A stretch of 64,000 bases of DNA from Catajapyx aquilonaris (taxonomy: Eukaryota): assembly GCA_000934665.2 (NCBI GenBank), contig KZ538056.1:1-64000 (forward strand), written 5' to 3'. A program made the position numbers and the translations under genes. The notes beneath the pieces are model-generated. The model was not told where the DNA came from. It made no database searches and worked only from the letters and a program-made list of their open reading frames with translations. The number at the start of each line of letters is the position of its first letter. Positions within the stretch are counted from its first letter, which is position 1. Positions 24,301-39,300 of this stretch are shown piece after piece.

Positions 24301-27300
24301 CGTGCTGTCTCTTGCAGATGCTCCCCCACAATTCTATGCGCTGCATGTATTAGTTGCACGCTACCATCGCTTAGTCCATATTATCCCCCTCCTTCTCCTT
24401 TGCCGCGACGCTGCTACGAATAAATCCACACTTTCGGGCTTGTCACTTCAGTGGATACACAGATTACTCGGGACCCGGAGTTAGGCGACCTCCGGAAGCA
24501 ACTAAAACCCCTAGGGGGAGAATAGCACAGAGAGAAATAAATTATTCAGCTAATTTTAAACACGCGCCTGGTCATGGTTTTTGCCTGCGACCATATGAAA
24601 GGGAGATTTTAAAACGCTTCTGCATTGCAGGCCGAAGTAATCTACTTTGTCATTTGTTCGGCCTATGGTAAGCCAATTGGAAGTAATGAGTTTATTGCTG
24701 AACTGTAGCCTATGTATAGTACTGTTAGCCACGAATATGCAGTAATATAATGCGCACCAGTTTATGCTGACAGTGTACACTTTCAAATCGGATATTTACT
24801 TGCTGACATTTGAAGCGTGACTGTGAAACATGACGGAACTTTCATGTCAAAAGCTCTCCAAAAATGGAAACAGGCCATTTGACATATAAACTATTGAGCT
24901 GATGCTCTCAACAAACCTGTCACACTCCGATACATGTCGGTATTACATGAGCTCACTCATGTCGAATCATACTGGGCACAGTCCGTGGTAAAAGAAAGCC
25001 TATCATTATCAATCGCAGCACTGAATGCTCTAACGAAATTGTGTGGATTTTCCCAAATCAGCATGAAATGCGATATATCCCACTTCGGAACTAAGCTTCT
25101 CAACTGCTGTGACTTGTTCAAATAACTGAGCTTTGTTTAATCCTATTACTGCATCTGTATTCACTATCTCCCTAATCCTATATATAGTAGCACAGATTAA
25201 ACCTGTAATTGGTTAATTTAACCTTGCGAAGCAAAGTTCGAAGTACCCGTAAGATTATTCGAGGATAAATCATTACACAGCAGTGATGATGCAGCAAATC
25301 CCTCCAAATTGATGCATTATAGGCTTGCTTTACCCTCAAAATGCCTGTAACATACTTCGCTATACTATTATTTTTAAATACGAGTATTTACTATACGAAG
25401 GTGTTTATGGCTGTGAGCTACAAGATGAAAAAATATGCATATTATTGCAATTTTTAATATTGGTGGACACAGTAATTCACCATTCTGGTTGTAATACTGT
25501 AATACTCAATTTAGAATGCATGAGAAAGGTAAAGATACTACAAAATTGACTACATGGAGGGTTACCCACAATACAGTGCCGCTTGAATAAAATATACCTC
25601 ACAGATCACAGCTAGACAAATTGCATATGAGGCACCAAAAATGGGAGTATATTGCATTATTCCCATATCCCATCTCATGCGCAGAAAACGGGGCATGTCT
25701 GAACTCCTTAGACTCCCTTCCCCACCCGTCCTCCCCACAACCCTAGAAACCTCCCCATTTCCTGCTTCCTATACCCGTATTCTCCTTCGCCTGTGACCCA
25801 GAAAGTGGCCTATATAAATAATTTCCTATGCGGTTCGCACACTACGGAAGTCTGACCACGTCTGCTATAATTATTACCTTTCGACCTGTTAGAGTGCATC
25901 CAGGGCAAGTTATTATTCCCTTCTCTCTCTCTTTTCTTTCTTAACTGACTTTTATTTATTTACTTTACTTCTTGCTTGCTCGACTGCTGCATGGAAAACG
26001 CCCAGAGCGCACTTACCTCACTTAAATATGTAATGTGTGTCTCTGCAGAAGTTGGTTTGCAAACTAACCCTTTTGTTAAATTGGGCCCTAGATCACTATG
26101 TTACTTTAGCTTGGAAGATGGATGCCATGTAAATCCCTGCAGGTCAGGCAACATGGGTGAGTGAGCCAACGAAATATTTCTGCCGATATAAATGTGGACT
26201 GACTTTTGTTACACACGGTTTAGGAAGAGTTCTGTTGTTTTTTTTTTGTTCCTTGTTGGAGACCAGTTTTAAAGCCACCGACACAAAACCCTTCCGCATG
26301 GTGATAGGTCATGATTAAGGGTGGTTTAGGGGATTTGGGAGGCGTTCCGAGAGCCATGGGGGCCGGATGAGGACTAGATATGTCATTCACACTCATTGTG
26401 GTGTTGTTGGACTTGCTTCCTTAACAAAGGACGCAGAGGGTCTTTTATGCACAGTCCAATGCAAGGTTAGACTTACTACAATAATGATTCATAGCAGCAT
26501 CCTCTTTAAGCAATCTTTAATAGTTTTGTTCATTACATTACTAGCACATACTAGCCTATAAGCAACAATAACAGCAAACAACACGCTACCTGTCTCTACA
26601 TGTTTATTAATCACATTTTAAGAAGTAACTTTTGAATAGCCCCTGTTAACAAATTCTGCATAAAAAGCATTAAATATCAAGTCTGAAAGTGGAGCATTAT
26701 ATCATTGTTTGGATTGTCGTTTTCAGCTCTTTCTTCAATGGATTGAAGGCTGAAAGAAGGAAGAAGAAAAGGTAATCGGTATTAGGGATCTAATGGATGG
26801 TAGAGCTTGTCTTTATCTGTGGGTGGCGTTGCAAGTGGCGCTCTTGTATCTGACCCATTTGGCTCCTTTCCGGCCCTCCTTTTTACAGATACCAGTCTGA
26901 GCAAATAATGAAGGGGGGTGGGGGATGGAAGGTTGAAAGAAGAAGAGGCACTGGGGGGTTCTGGTCTCATTCCGCTGGAAACCGATCGGGTTAATGAGAG
27001 CGTACATTCATCTCGTCCTGCCGTCCTTTTAATTGGCGCCGCTAGCTGCCACTTCTATCTGCTCTCATCAACAGACTCATCCGTTCCTTTCTCTTCCACT
27101 TTGCCAGTGCAATTTCACTGCCGTCACTATTCATTCATCACTCACTCGCCTCCTTTCTCACCTCTCATGTCTGCTTTCTTCTTCCTTCTCCTCCACCCCC
27201 CCCCCTCCAAATCCACCCTCCCATCCTCTAACCAAAATGCCCTTAATTTCTTCTGAGCATGACCAAGTGTCAGGAACTGTCACAAGCTGAATTCACGTCA

Positions 27301-30300
27301 CGAACAGCAAAAATCCCTCCAGGGACTTATTAGCACTTCTTTTGTACCCCCAATATCGAGCTCGAATGCCACAATTGTTAGCATAAAGGCAGGAGTGTTG
27401 GTGCTAACAATGACTAAATGCCACATTTAAGGTTTCAATTGTAAGAAAATTGGGGGGCTCGTGACAATTAGTGCAGTGATTTAGATTATGGCATTTCGCC
27501 ATTTCCTAGATATTTTTCCATTTAATAACTATGGCAGTAATGTACTGAACAACAGAACATTGAATTGATTGGCCCAATTTATTCCGACCAAAAAAAACTC
27601 TCACTTCCACAAAAAATTTTATCCTGCTAGGCTCGAGCTTGTATCGGACCATTCAATTATTTACAAGGACAGATTACGTGGTTACGGCCCCAGCCACTCC
27701 ATACGGCTTTCATCAATGCCGCGGCTCATAATCCGCGTCACACACACGGAGGAGTAGCTTGCAAAATGCTCAAACCGTTTATGTAAAGTACATACTCGTG
27801 AGACAAAAGAGTGGAGGTAAAAGCCGGCCATCAATGTCCATTATCTGGCTAGGATCTAGTTCCGACTAGAAGGACCTCGGTAATTTAGATAGCCTTTTAC
27901 TAAGAGGCCTTGAGGATGCGTGGTGTGCAACCATATTGGGTTGCAAAGGAATTTGGTGGTGTACAGTATTAACAGTAGTAGTGTTCACGTCGACAAGTGT
28001 AAAGTGCAGTGAGAGAAGGTTCCTCCTCTCCCAGCTGTACCTAGCTCACATTAGCCCTGATCGATCCTCTGGCTCCGGCCGGCCCGGCTCTCCCTGCCTG
28101 CCTGCCTGCCTGCATACCTACTTCATCGCTAACCTACATCAACTGCGCAAAAGCTGCCCATTTCACGCCTTGCACATTCAAATTATAAGCCCGCAACCAA
28201 ATGCGTGCGTGACACGTACGTCCCACGCGACGAGTGTGAATGCCCCGGACTAATGTCAGCAGGCTGTCTCTAGCACCCAACCCATTCAGGCGGTATTTGA
28301 ATCGGGTGCCAAGGCCGATCCGACAAATTGCAACCAGGCGGCATTGACCCAACCCAGGTTTGCTGCTGCCACTCCACACTGCGGCAAACGAGAAGACATT
28401 CTTACTGCTGCTGCATCGTCCCTGAGACATTGTAGGTCAAGGCTTATATACCAGCATCAGGTGGCAGGGTGACACCTAAATGCATCTATGGTGCATATTG
28501 CCTGCTAGTACTATACAGGCAGAAATAGTATAGGAAAAGCGGGTAAATATCGATCTTTTGGAGAGCAGGCAGGGAGGGGGTTATATAGGTAAGCGAGCAG
28601 CAGAGGCAGCAGGCTTCATCCAATCTTGCTCTGCATTCGGCGCCCAGCAGTAGCAGCCAACAAACCGCAACTAAATCCACCTGCTCCACTTTACTTCTGC
28701 GCCCCCAGACCCACCCAAAACCGCAATTAATACCGCCTGGGGACTTGGACTATGCATACCCTTTTGCACTTATCATCTATAGCCTGGTTGGGACTACTTT
28801 CGACCGGACTTTAGCACACCGAATATGACCAACATTGCTTGCTTGTAAGGGGTGTAAGGGTATACACGTTGTTGGATTTCAGAGTCGAATTGAGAATGTG
28901 ATTCTTTGGTGCTTAGCAAGAGTGAGGTGCATATCGACCTTGTGGAGCTTACTGCAGTGCCAAATGAGACGGTTGCCGACATTTACGGGCACTACTGTAT
29001 ATGAGTTTTTTTTTCGGAGGATTAGCATGAGCATAAACCCATAATATTATGCCCAGTATTGCCAGGATTTGCAAAAATTAGGATTAAATGATTTGTTAAA
29101 CCTACTGGAAGCACTATAGGCATGAATGGCCGTTTTTTACAGTCAGGTCTCTGTAATATCATACATGTAAATATACGGTTTCTCTGAAAGTAAGCAGGTA
29201 TAGTATAGGTGAGTTGGATTTATACAGTTCTGACATCACAAGGGCTTAAGCTGGTATTTACGTCAAGCACCAGACATGCTGGAGGGAGTTCCAGTTTCTC
29301 TGGGTTTCCAAGCGTTTCCGTATAAACCCAAAATACCACAGACTCGGAAGGTCCAAAAGTAATGCATGGACATAAAATGTCGTGGCATATGATCCTGAAT
29401 AATCCACAGAAGCAAATTCTCTTGAAAATAAACTGAAGAATCAATTTAAATATTGAAAGCTGCAGGAATTTATTGATTCCATTTTATTATGCAAAGGAAT
29501 GTAGTATAGTATATCACAATGTGATATGCAGGATTCCTTTCTCAACAGAGTATCAATCCTACAATTTAATACAACATAATAAGAGTGAATATTGGTTTTA
29601 AATATCCACAACTATAAAAATGGGGGCAAATTAACATTAATATGTCAGGAAGTACGTATGTGTTTATTTACAAAAAAACCAACAATTCATCTGCGCGCCA
29701 TTATTCCAAAATTTAAGAAAGTCTCGCTTTTCTCCACTCGTAGAATATAGTTACGTATAAAAGAACCATTACTGTCGGCCTTCTGACGGAGTATCCTCAG
29801 GCCTACGCGCACATTTTCACTGGTTTTTAACAGATGGCGGGATACTGAAGTTTCGCAACTATGAAGGAATGAAGAGCCATAAAGAAAATAATAAATCGCT
29901 TCCTCGGCGCATCCAGCTCTAATGGCTGTCATTCCTTCCAACCCACCCAGACCGATGCGTTCACGCCAAATAGAAAATTCGTTATCACTGCGTCGTTGCA
30001 AAGCTGTTGGACTTTAAATCCTATCATAGAGTATTGTTATATAAAGAGCGTACGCCTGCATTATAACATTTATTGTGATACTTATGTGGATGCGGCGCAT
30101 TTATAAATGCAGGGCATGGAGACTTACATGAAGCTGGCATTGTGAATAGTGGGGCAGTCACTTGGCCTGTAGCAGAGCACCACTATAGTGTTGCACAAAG
30201 TACGCTAGGTACTGTCCCTCACCTCCCAACCCATGTGTGGGGTAATGCCGTACTGCAGTGGTGCGAACTTTTTTTTTTGAAGGGTGTAGCGGAATAAGCT

Positions 30301-33300
30301 GCTGTGCGCGTATTTATGGCAGGTGACAGTTATGAATCTTATCAGCATTTCATTATGCTGCAGGCTTATTTAATTAACCGAGCTGGACCAGAAGGTTAAA
30401 TAAGCGTGATAATGAGTGGCACCTCTGTGGGTGTGGACAAGGTCCCTGGAAATGGCTTGTACTGTACAATAACCTTGCGTGGATGGCAGTGCGCAGCATG
30501 AAGAAAGGTTTTTGCCATTTACATCAATCTGAGCGTGTTAGGGCGTGACAAATCAGAATGCAACTTATGGAAATATGAGGAATCATGATGAAACTACCTT
30601 CGTTCTGGCGCAGCAGAGCTACAAAAATAATTCAATCAATTATAAACCGCTACGTACAGTACACTGCTGCAGAGCTGTATAGATTTCCTTCATAGTACAG
30701 TTCCCCTTTGAAGTGACAACCAAATTAAACTTTTGGCGTAGGTATTATTGACGCATAGCTTCTATATGTGTCATCAGCAAAGACCGCCTAATTAGAATCT
30801 GTTCCAGAAAAGAATTCAATCAAATGGCATTGAAATTTACGCCTAAAAGAACAGACAAAATGACAAAACAAAGTGACAGTGAGGACTCGAAAGAGCGAAT
30901 AACTTTGCACGCCAGGTGCACAGGCGATATGCTGATATTCATGTTCACTTATGAGCCTGGTCAGATAGAATGTTCATGACGGCAGTCACATTGTGCATAT
31001 AATCTGCAATTATTGGTCTCGTGTAGGTGAGTTGCATTTTAAGCGCTAATAGAAACTCATGTTTTAAACCACTCACATCCCCATCAAAACAACTGCAACA
31101 ATTGGGATAATATATGTGCGTAAAACCTAATAAAAGGCTTACTCAAAGCCCAATTTTTCCACATCGATGAACTCCGTTTAACAATGGACAGTGTAAATTC
31201 ATGGCAGCTTCAATGAGACCCACCAACTTATATAAATCACTGTCCTCAAGAAAGTATCGAGTTGAATCTCCCTTTTTTTGCCATAGTCAGCTCCAGTCTC
31301 AAACCCAGCTCATACTATAGCCCTTTACAAAAAAAAAGTGTGTCAGATGGTCTGGAGGTCCTGGCCCTCGTTGAAATTCCTGAATATGAAGTGAAAAAGG
31401 CCCAGAGGAATCAACTGCATACAGTGCCCATGCTCATTTGGAATTTCTACCCCAATTTCTAAATACGTCATGTCGAGTACGGAGCTTGAAGCAGTAATTA
31501 CAGCCATGTTGATGGCGCCCTCGGACACAAACTAGTGGGACGGGCAAGCAAGGGAAAAACATGGCCATAACGCTGAACCCAATCAGCTAATCGTGCCCGT
31601 TTCTGTTGGCTGCATCTCTTGCTTCACGCCATTGCCTGCCTGCTGCTGCAGCAGAGACGTGATTGATAGGCCTTCTAAAGAGACTTTTTGTCGCATCCCC
31701 CCCCTCGTAATGATTTTAGGCGCGCGACCAAAAGGATTCATTCAGCCCCCGTGCACATACGTACAAGCTCACACATAGTACACATTTGCGGTCGGATATA
31801 GGCGAGTCCTCTCCCAATAGAGGACCCACTGAGATTAATGAACTCCCAGAGGACCATTAAAAAAGAGGAGCAAATGAAGTTGTATAGGGAGGGAGAGGCT
31901 TTTCAGATCCTCTGGAGAGAAGGATTTGCAACCCTTTTGACAACAAACACGTGCCGGGGGATAAAATTACACGCTCTGATGTCACTCAAAGGACAAGACT
32001 GTCAGAGTTTTTACCGAACCTCTTGTCTACCCAGCCTAACTGCAGGAACGTACATATTGGAACACTACACACTAATAAATATCACCTGGAGTATGCTCGT
32101 TGCAATTAAGCCGACTGTATACGGAGGACCTCAATCCGGACCCTGCTGCCTGAAGTCGGTTCTCAATAAAAGAGGCATTTTCTCATAAGCTTGCCAATCA
32201 AACTGCGGTAAGGAGTTGCTTTAAAAACCGAACCACATTTTCCCCCAGTTGCACTTGGAAGAGGATGAGGAGAAAGGAAGAAGAGAGGGCAAAATCCCGG
32301 GAGCTTGATTGCGTTATCGGAAATATTATTGAAGTGTGGTGGGAGCCAAATATATAAGAAAAAAAAGGAGGAGGAGAAGTAGAAGGAGGCGAAGACGAGG
32401 GGCCGCAAAGTGGGTCTGAGTCTTTTGAAAGCGGCTCTCTCTTGGCCCTCGCTTTTTCCACACAAGCCGTGATTGGGAGATGGAAAAGGAACCTTCCCCC
32501 CCACGAAAATTATCATCCCAAATGCACCTCTTTCAAAAAAGGACTTTTTTTTGAAGAAGAAGGATCCTAGTTTAAAGTCTGCGAGCTTACGTGCTATTCT
32601 TCGACCACTTCTTTGAGGCTCATTTGAGATTATAAAACTGATATATTAAAGAGTGAGGGGGAGGGGGTAAACAAGTGAAGTGGACCGGGCATTAGACGTA
32701 ACGAGATGGGTCGTGACTTGTGGACAACTTGATCGAGTTAGCACCGACCTGCCAGTTCGCTTTACTTGGGTGAAGTCATTTATGAATTCCCTGTGCTACA
32801 ACCATATCTAACCATTAGCAAGTTGAGTACCTGTCTAACTTAGAACTCAGCAGCCAGTCAGCTGCAGGGTCTCTCATGCACTACTTCTTGAGGCTACACA
32901 TGTCTAACTTTTCACAAGTTGGACATATAGCTTGGGACAAGCATGTCCAAAGTTTGTCTAAGTTCAAAATTGCGGAGCTGCGAGGATTAAAAGCTGCCAA
33001 GAAAGCACACTGAAAAATATATGCCTACGTGGTGTATACAGTATAGTGAGATGATGATATGAGGTTTCTTTTGCATTATTTGTTTGGCCTCTGGGGTAAG
33101 ACATCATCACTTACTCTGAAAAGCTGCTGCTTTGCCTTGCTAGCCGACATTCTTTAAATAAAAGAAATGCAAAGTACGAGTAAAACCTGGTTTCATGTGA
33201 ACTCCGATTTTCTATAAAAGGAAGGTAGGAAGCATAGTACAGATTATCAAGCCATAAAAATTAATAGACCATCCAGGATGCAGCTTTTCAAAATTGTTCC

Positions 33301-36300
33301 CCCATTTAAGACGTAGTTCCTGCAACTTGCAGCCGTGAAACCAGCAGTTATTACCTAGGGACCAAACTAGATCATTGCAAATATCCAGATATATATGTCG
33401 CACAATTCGATAAGAGCTGGGTGCCTTTGGTGCCAGGGGGGGCCAACACATATTATTTGGGTACTGGGTGCGAGGCATGCTGGCTGCTTTCCTGGCCGCT
33501 CCATTGAATCAATGTGGCCCCCCGTGGTTTTGAATGGGCTGTAGGGAGGAGGGTGTTCTCCCTCCTGCCCCTTTCCATCCCCCATCCCAACTCATTCCGG
33601 CCGGAAACTCTCTCCTTTTCCGCGGATGAAGGAACAAAGGTCTCCCCTGCACTTTGCAATTCCATCGTCATGGCCACCGCCCACCTGCTCATGCTTCTTC
33701 CACCCCATTGCTTCTTGTATGTGCTGCTGGATGCCCTCCCTAATACTAACATGCCGAGGGTCCCGCACCACCAGCTATAGGCTTGGAAAATAAGCAGGAC
33801 CTCGGCCTTTGATCGAGTTAACCCTCTTGGAATACACGTGGCCAACCATGCACATCTACCTACCCACTTCCACATCCTCATTACCATACTGCAAATCTAG
33901 GTGGGACATCTGACCATTTGCTCCAATCATGCTCATTTTTATAATGGGAACCTGGGCCCTCAGGCGTACTTTGTAAACGCTGGATGACAATAGTCAACAA
34001 ACAATGGGGCCGTTATTCGCAAATGTTCCGCTTGAAATTACGCCAGGTGATTTTGATTCACGCGTGGAAATGACGTGCTGAGTAAGTGCGCCATGGTTAT
34101 GTAGAGTCATAAACATGATGGCGGCTCGATGTGTGCACGCCAGGGGGGACGTCGGTGCAGCCTTTTTTTTGGTTCATAAAAGAAAAGAGGAGCGTATATA
34201 ATAATTGTTATTTATTATTATTTTGTTATGAGTTGTCGTAGTTGTTGTTAGCCTACATATAGACTAATAAACACTGCCAGTGTATAACCGCGACAGGTCA
34301 TGTAAGTTGCTGTCACACGTGATGTTATATGGTAATGATATGAACAAAGGTACATAATTATATCAGCTATTATTGCACCTACAGGATATTTACACGCGTC
34401 AGTATGGTGCTGGCATTTGATATGCCGTATGATAATGTTTTTATAAGCCAACTTCATAAATACGTATGAAGTCCGTACTGTACATTCGGTGTAGATTCTA
34501 TAATGCGCTAGTTGAAAACTCAGAAACAATAATTCCGGGTGCTAACTTCACACTGGTACAGTACGAGTATTACCTCTCAACAAATGCATTCAGCAGTATT
34601 GAAATGGATATGCCTAATAATGAATGTTATACACATCGCTAGCATAGAGAGCGATTATTAATATTAGATGAACATTCGCGGGCACAAACACAGGTCTATA
34701 AGCCACAGTTTTCAGCAACAATAGCCTACTGCTTCGCACAAGCAAAGATTAAATACTGATGGAGGTCAACGGCCAAAGTGGACTATTTAAACTTTCCCTG
34801 TTTACGCAATGGTCTGGGCGTAATTCCGTGCCGATGTTGGGTTTGCCGATGCATAGAAAAATAACCTTGCAGTTATTACGCATTACGTTCATCGCTCACA
34901 AAACATACCATACCATGGAGTATATGCAAAATTCTGGATGCAAATTAGAGCACAGGCTTGGACCGACATGACAGGCTATAGATTGTATAGTACAGTATAC
35001 GTTAGCCTGCGATTGTGTCTTTTGGCAATAACAAATGGCTCTCATCCTTGGAGTTAGCTACATTTATAAAGTGGAATTTTATTGTTGAAGTGACTCCAAA
35101 TGTGAATCTTGGAAAATATGCACCTGCTACACTCAGCCAACAATGCTGTGCTTCTGTTGGGAATATGTGCATCAATGCAACAGACAATTGGATCAGTTTT
35201 GTTCCCACTGCTTCCATGCAGCAGGAGCATATTGCATTACAGAATTAACGTATGCCCTTTTGGGTTTCCAAGTCTCAATAATTGTAACTGACTGCCAATG
35301 CTAAGGGCATATAAACGAAGCAACACATGCATCATAACTTCATCAGCTGTTAATTGGGTTAAAATAGATCATTAAGCGATACTTTAGTCCCTTAGTCATT
35401 CGGTCGCATTCGTTGATCAGGGAATTGCAACAGTCCATAATTGGATAAGCGATAGAGCATTGATTAACAGAACATAAACCAGCGCAATCATGAACCAACC
35501 TGAGGCTGACTGAGAATGAGTTGATGAGTAATTATATAAATTTTACGATGTGTGTATTGTTATAATGAAAAATTGTTTGTCTGATTTTTACCAACCAAGG
35601 AAGTTGCACGTGTTGCCGAAAGCACCCATCTCCCCTTTTATTTATTCATTTTTGTCAAAATTATGGAATCAGCGTGGAAATCATGCCAGTTGTGATGAAC
35701 ATGCTGCTCTAAAACCACCGGATAAAACAGTTGTTTCAAAAATGTTTTAAATTGCTAACGCAAATACATACGGAACCGGTATATTTTCCATTTCGGCAAA
35801 CCATGTTTTTTTTTAAAAAAACTCACATATAGGATTGCAGTATACATTTTTTGCGAGTATTTCCCCTCCATTGCTATTCGCAATCCTCAGGAACATTCTC
35901 ATGATGTGGAGTTCAGAAAAACTTCAGACGGGAAATGGAAATAATGGGTGTTTCGATATCCACAAACACTAGCAAATATCTCACTTCAATCCGAAAAATC
36001 GCACTGGCCCATTATACTGCAATAAAGCATGTTCTGGTAATAGTGCAATGATTATTTTGTGTTGCTGTTGGTGCATTTTGCATGATTCCATTTGTGCATT
36101 TTGTTCTTCAGTACCAGAGATGACCGCAAGCTGGATTTTCAACAATTTTCAACTAAAATTGAGGGCAGCATAAATCGTAATTCAGTGGTGAGAGTGGTTT
36201 TCATGATCACTCACGACCATGGTGCCCCGTGTGACCAGAGTTTGGGTACAAAACCACAGTTCGTGATACAGGCTAATGTATATGTGTCGAAAAAAATGGA

Positions 36301-39300
36301 TAAGTGGTAAGCTGTTTTTTTTTCATTATACAATACAACAGACTATACAAAATATTCATCATTTGCGAAAGCACATCAGCTGAAGTAACTATTTGCTACC
36401 CTGATTTATTTTACTGAGCTATTCATTCATGACTGCAGAAAACGGACACAGGTTAAAGGTCATCATTATTATTTAGATTTTCTGAGCGAGAGAATTGGCC
36501 CCTGTGAAAGCACAATAGCGCACTGCATTATTCCGCTTAATTTTAATAACCCTATTATGATGCATAACAAATGCATTTTGTGTGCGTATCATACAGCGAT
36601 CTCGTTAAATATTATATCGCGAACCCTGATATTCTCCGTATGCCTCCAGCTTTCCTCAAAGCAAGAGCAAGATGTATAGTATATGTGCATACCATCCACA
36701 TTTTCTTACATTGCATGCAAGCAACGAGTAGGTGTAACTGTTATGTGAATAATATAGGAACAGTTTTGGATAATATGGCAGGTTTCCAGAAGAGCTGGAA
36801 GATCGATTCGGCTCTTCATCCCACACTGCAGAGGAGCACGAATGAAGAGCTAGCTGGGGCTGCAGGATATACGTATGTAGCGTATAAGAAAATCGAAGTT
36901 AAATCTTCCTCTCGCACCTACCTACCTATGCATACCTTACCTGTCTGATCTTCACTGTGACCTCAGCATCAAACTTTTATTCTCCAAACCTCCGGATTTC
37001 TGTTCCCAGCTAGCCAGCCATCCAGCAGCAGGAAGTAAGCCTACTTCTCTTTAAGTGTCCTCTCACGAACCCATCTGCGCGGATTCCAGACCAGAACTGC
37101 ACTGTTCAAACTAGTAATCGCCGGTGGGACGCTGCACAACTCTCAACCTACGCCCCTCTTTTTATCCCCATCAAGATTCTATCCATAGACCTTAGGTATA
37201 TATCCTCATCCGCATTACGCTTTGCTCTCATGATGAAATGGATATGTAAATAAGGTTTACTATACATAGCATCGGTACAGTGCTACGTGACGACAGGCGC
37301 AGGTGAATGTTTGACACGAGTTGTTCGTTTGGGTGGGTTGTACCAGAGGGGGAAAAAGAAGAGGATGGGTGGATGGGAAAAGGGGGGGGAAGGGGAGGGG
37401 GTAGAATTCCGATAAATCGATACACACGCACCGTTTGCCGGCCTCGGTTCCGATCAGGCTCTTTGGGATAGCATCTCGGAATTAGAGGCAGCTCCTCCAG
37501 AGCTGGCCTGCAAATGATTCCCCAGGGAGCCATGCCACAACTCCCCACCACTCTCTCCTCCCTTCCTATATACCTGGGAATCCAATCCAATTCCTAGCTT
37601 CCCTCCCATAACCCCCTGGAATATACTGCTGCATCGACATTATATTGGCCTAACGGTATATCTAGCCTTGTGCCTATCAATGCAACACCAAAAAAAAAGT
37701 CAATACCAGCCGCACGTTAGCATATTGAAAAGAAATTTTTAATGGAGAACTGGGATGGGGGGGGGNNNNNNNNNNGGGGGGGGAGTGGGTGCTATATTAA
37801 CTCTGCATTCAAAGTGTCACTTTTTTTTACCGCAGACCTCTGCAGTACCTTCAAAAAAAGGGTACCAAATTTCAATGAATAGTTAATATTTGCAGACGCG
37901 ATTTTTGTGCTTCCGTTTTTAGTTTTGAAGCAGATTTACTCGGTATTGATTTTTTAGGTTCATCTTTCGGAGTCGGTCCTTACGTCATAGAGATTATTTA
38001 ATAACGTAAACAACTTCTTGTGCCTATATCCCGCCTCCTCTTTCTCTGATTGTATGCCCGAGAGAGGAATAATTTACTGCGATAAAGTCTATAAGTTTTG
38101 CCTCAGAGTGTAACTTGGGTTTTTGTCCCTCTCCCACTGAGACCAATCCATCACAACCTCATTTGTCGTAAGAGTAGAGAAAAGTGTTGGCCAGTCGGTG
38201 CAAACAAAACTTGAGCCAATTTTGAAGTTTTAGCTTGGATGGAACGGCTCGTCGCATGTTGGCCTTTCTTTTAGCACACCCGCAGAGTGGTATTCTCTGT
38301 TGGCTGGGGATATATGGTGAAGGAACCTCAAGATGAACCACATTCCCTTCGGTATTTACCTCCCAAAGTAAGCGTCCTGCTACATCCGAATGTGCTAAAG
38401 ATAACGGTTAACTGCGAACTTCTAATACAGGTTAACACATAATATCCTCGAATTAATGCAGGTGAGTCAGACTGTACATTTGCAATCCGATGACAAAGAG
38501 TGGAGCAAAGTTGCTGTACAGTGTGCATAGCATTATCAGATTTCCATATAATGACTTACCATGTATGTCAAACCGGTTCGGACAATCATGTAGTGATGGG
38601 TGAGTGCAGGAGGGCCCTTATGTCATTAAGCTTTTGAGAGAGGTGAGTCGAGAGGAGCGGCTTGACTTGCTGCGATGGGAGCCAGCAGCAGATAGAGCCA
38701 ACAAGTTTGCGAGTCCGATGTGCAGGCAGCTACTGCTGAGCAGCATTGCTGCGAGGATTAGTGGGATTGTGGGAAGGCGGTCTGGGGTACGAGACACGAG
38801 TCGGCGCTGCATAAGTAACGTGACTCATACTACAGAGTCAAGTCCAACACGACTTGCTCATTCAATTATTTAAATTGCGGGAAGAGCGCGTTAGCATATC
38901 TTAAAAGCATCGCAGGCAGTAAACTCGACAGTACGTGTTATTTTACATAAACCTTGTAAAGGCGACAATTGCTAAGCCGCTGTAAGGAAAGGCGATACCC
39001 AGGCAACTAAGCACGTAATAATTCGAGCCATCACGTCAAGAAACAAATTCGTAAGACTGCAAAATTACGGTTTAATTATTTCAAATAAATAAACTAAAAT
39101 TGGTCAAAAATTAACGACAATGTATTTGATAAAGCCGAGTCAGAATATATACATTGAGCTGCTTGCAGCTGGGGCCTCACGCAGACCCTCTCCCAAAATT
39201 TGGCTTTCAAGTTTTCATGTATACAGGCTCAATTAACATTCCGCTCTACATTTTGTTGCATTGCATTGCACTGCATTACCACTGCAGTGATAGAAATTTT

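Noticed and set aside
28486..28689. ORF with a hydrophobic N-terminus (VAVCWLLLLGAECRA) as an alternative first exon in intron 2
   Set aside because: Non-ATG start, no convincing phase-0 donor, and it would truncate CUB1.
29053..29116. Possible tiny MITE with CAGTATTGCCAG / CTGGAAGCACTA ends
   Set aside because: Too many TIR mismatches and no target-site duplication.
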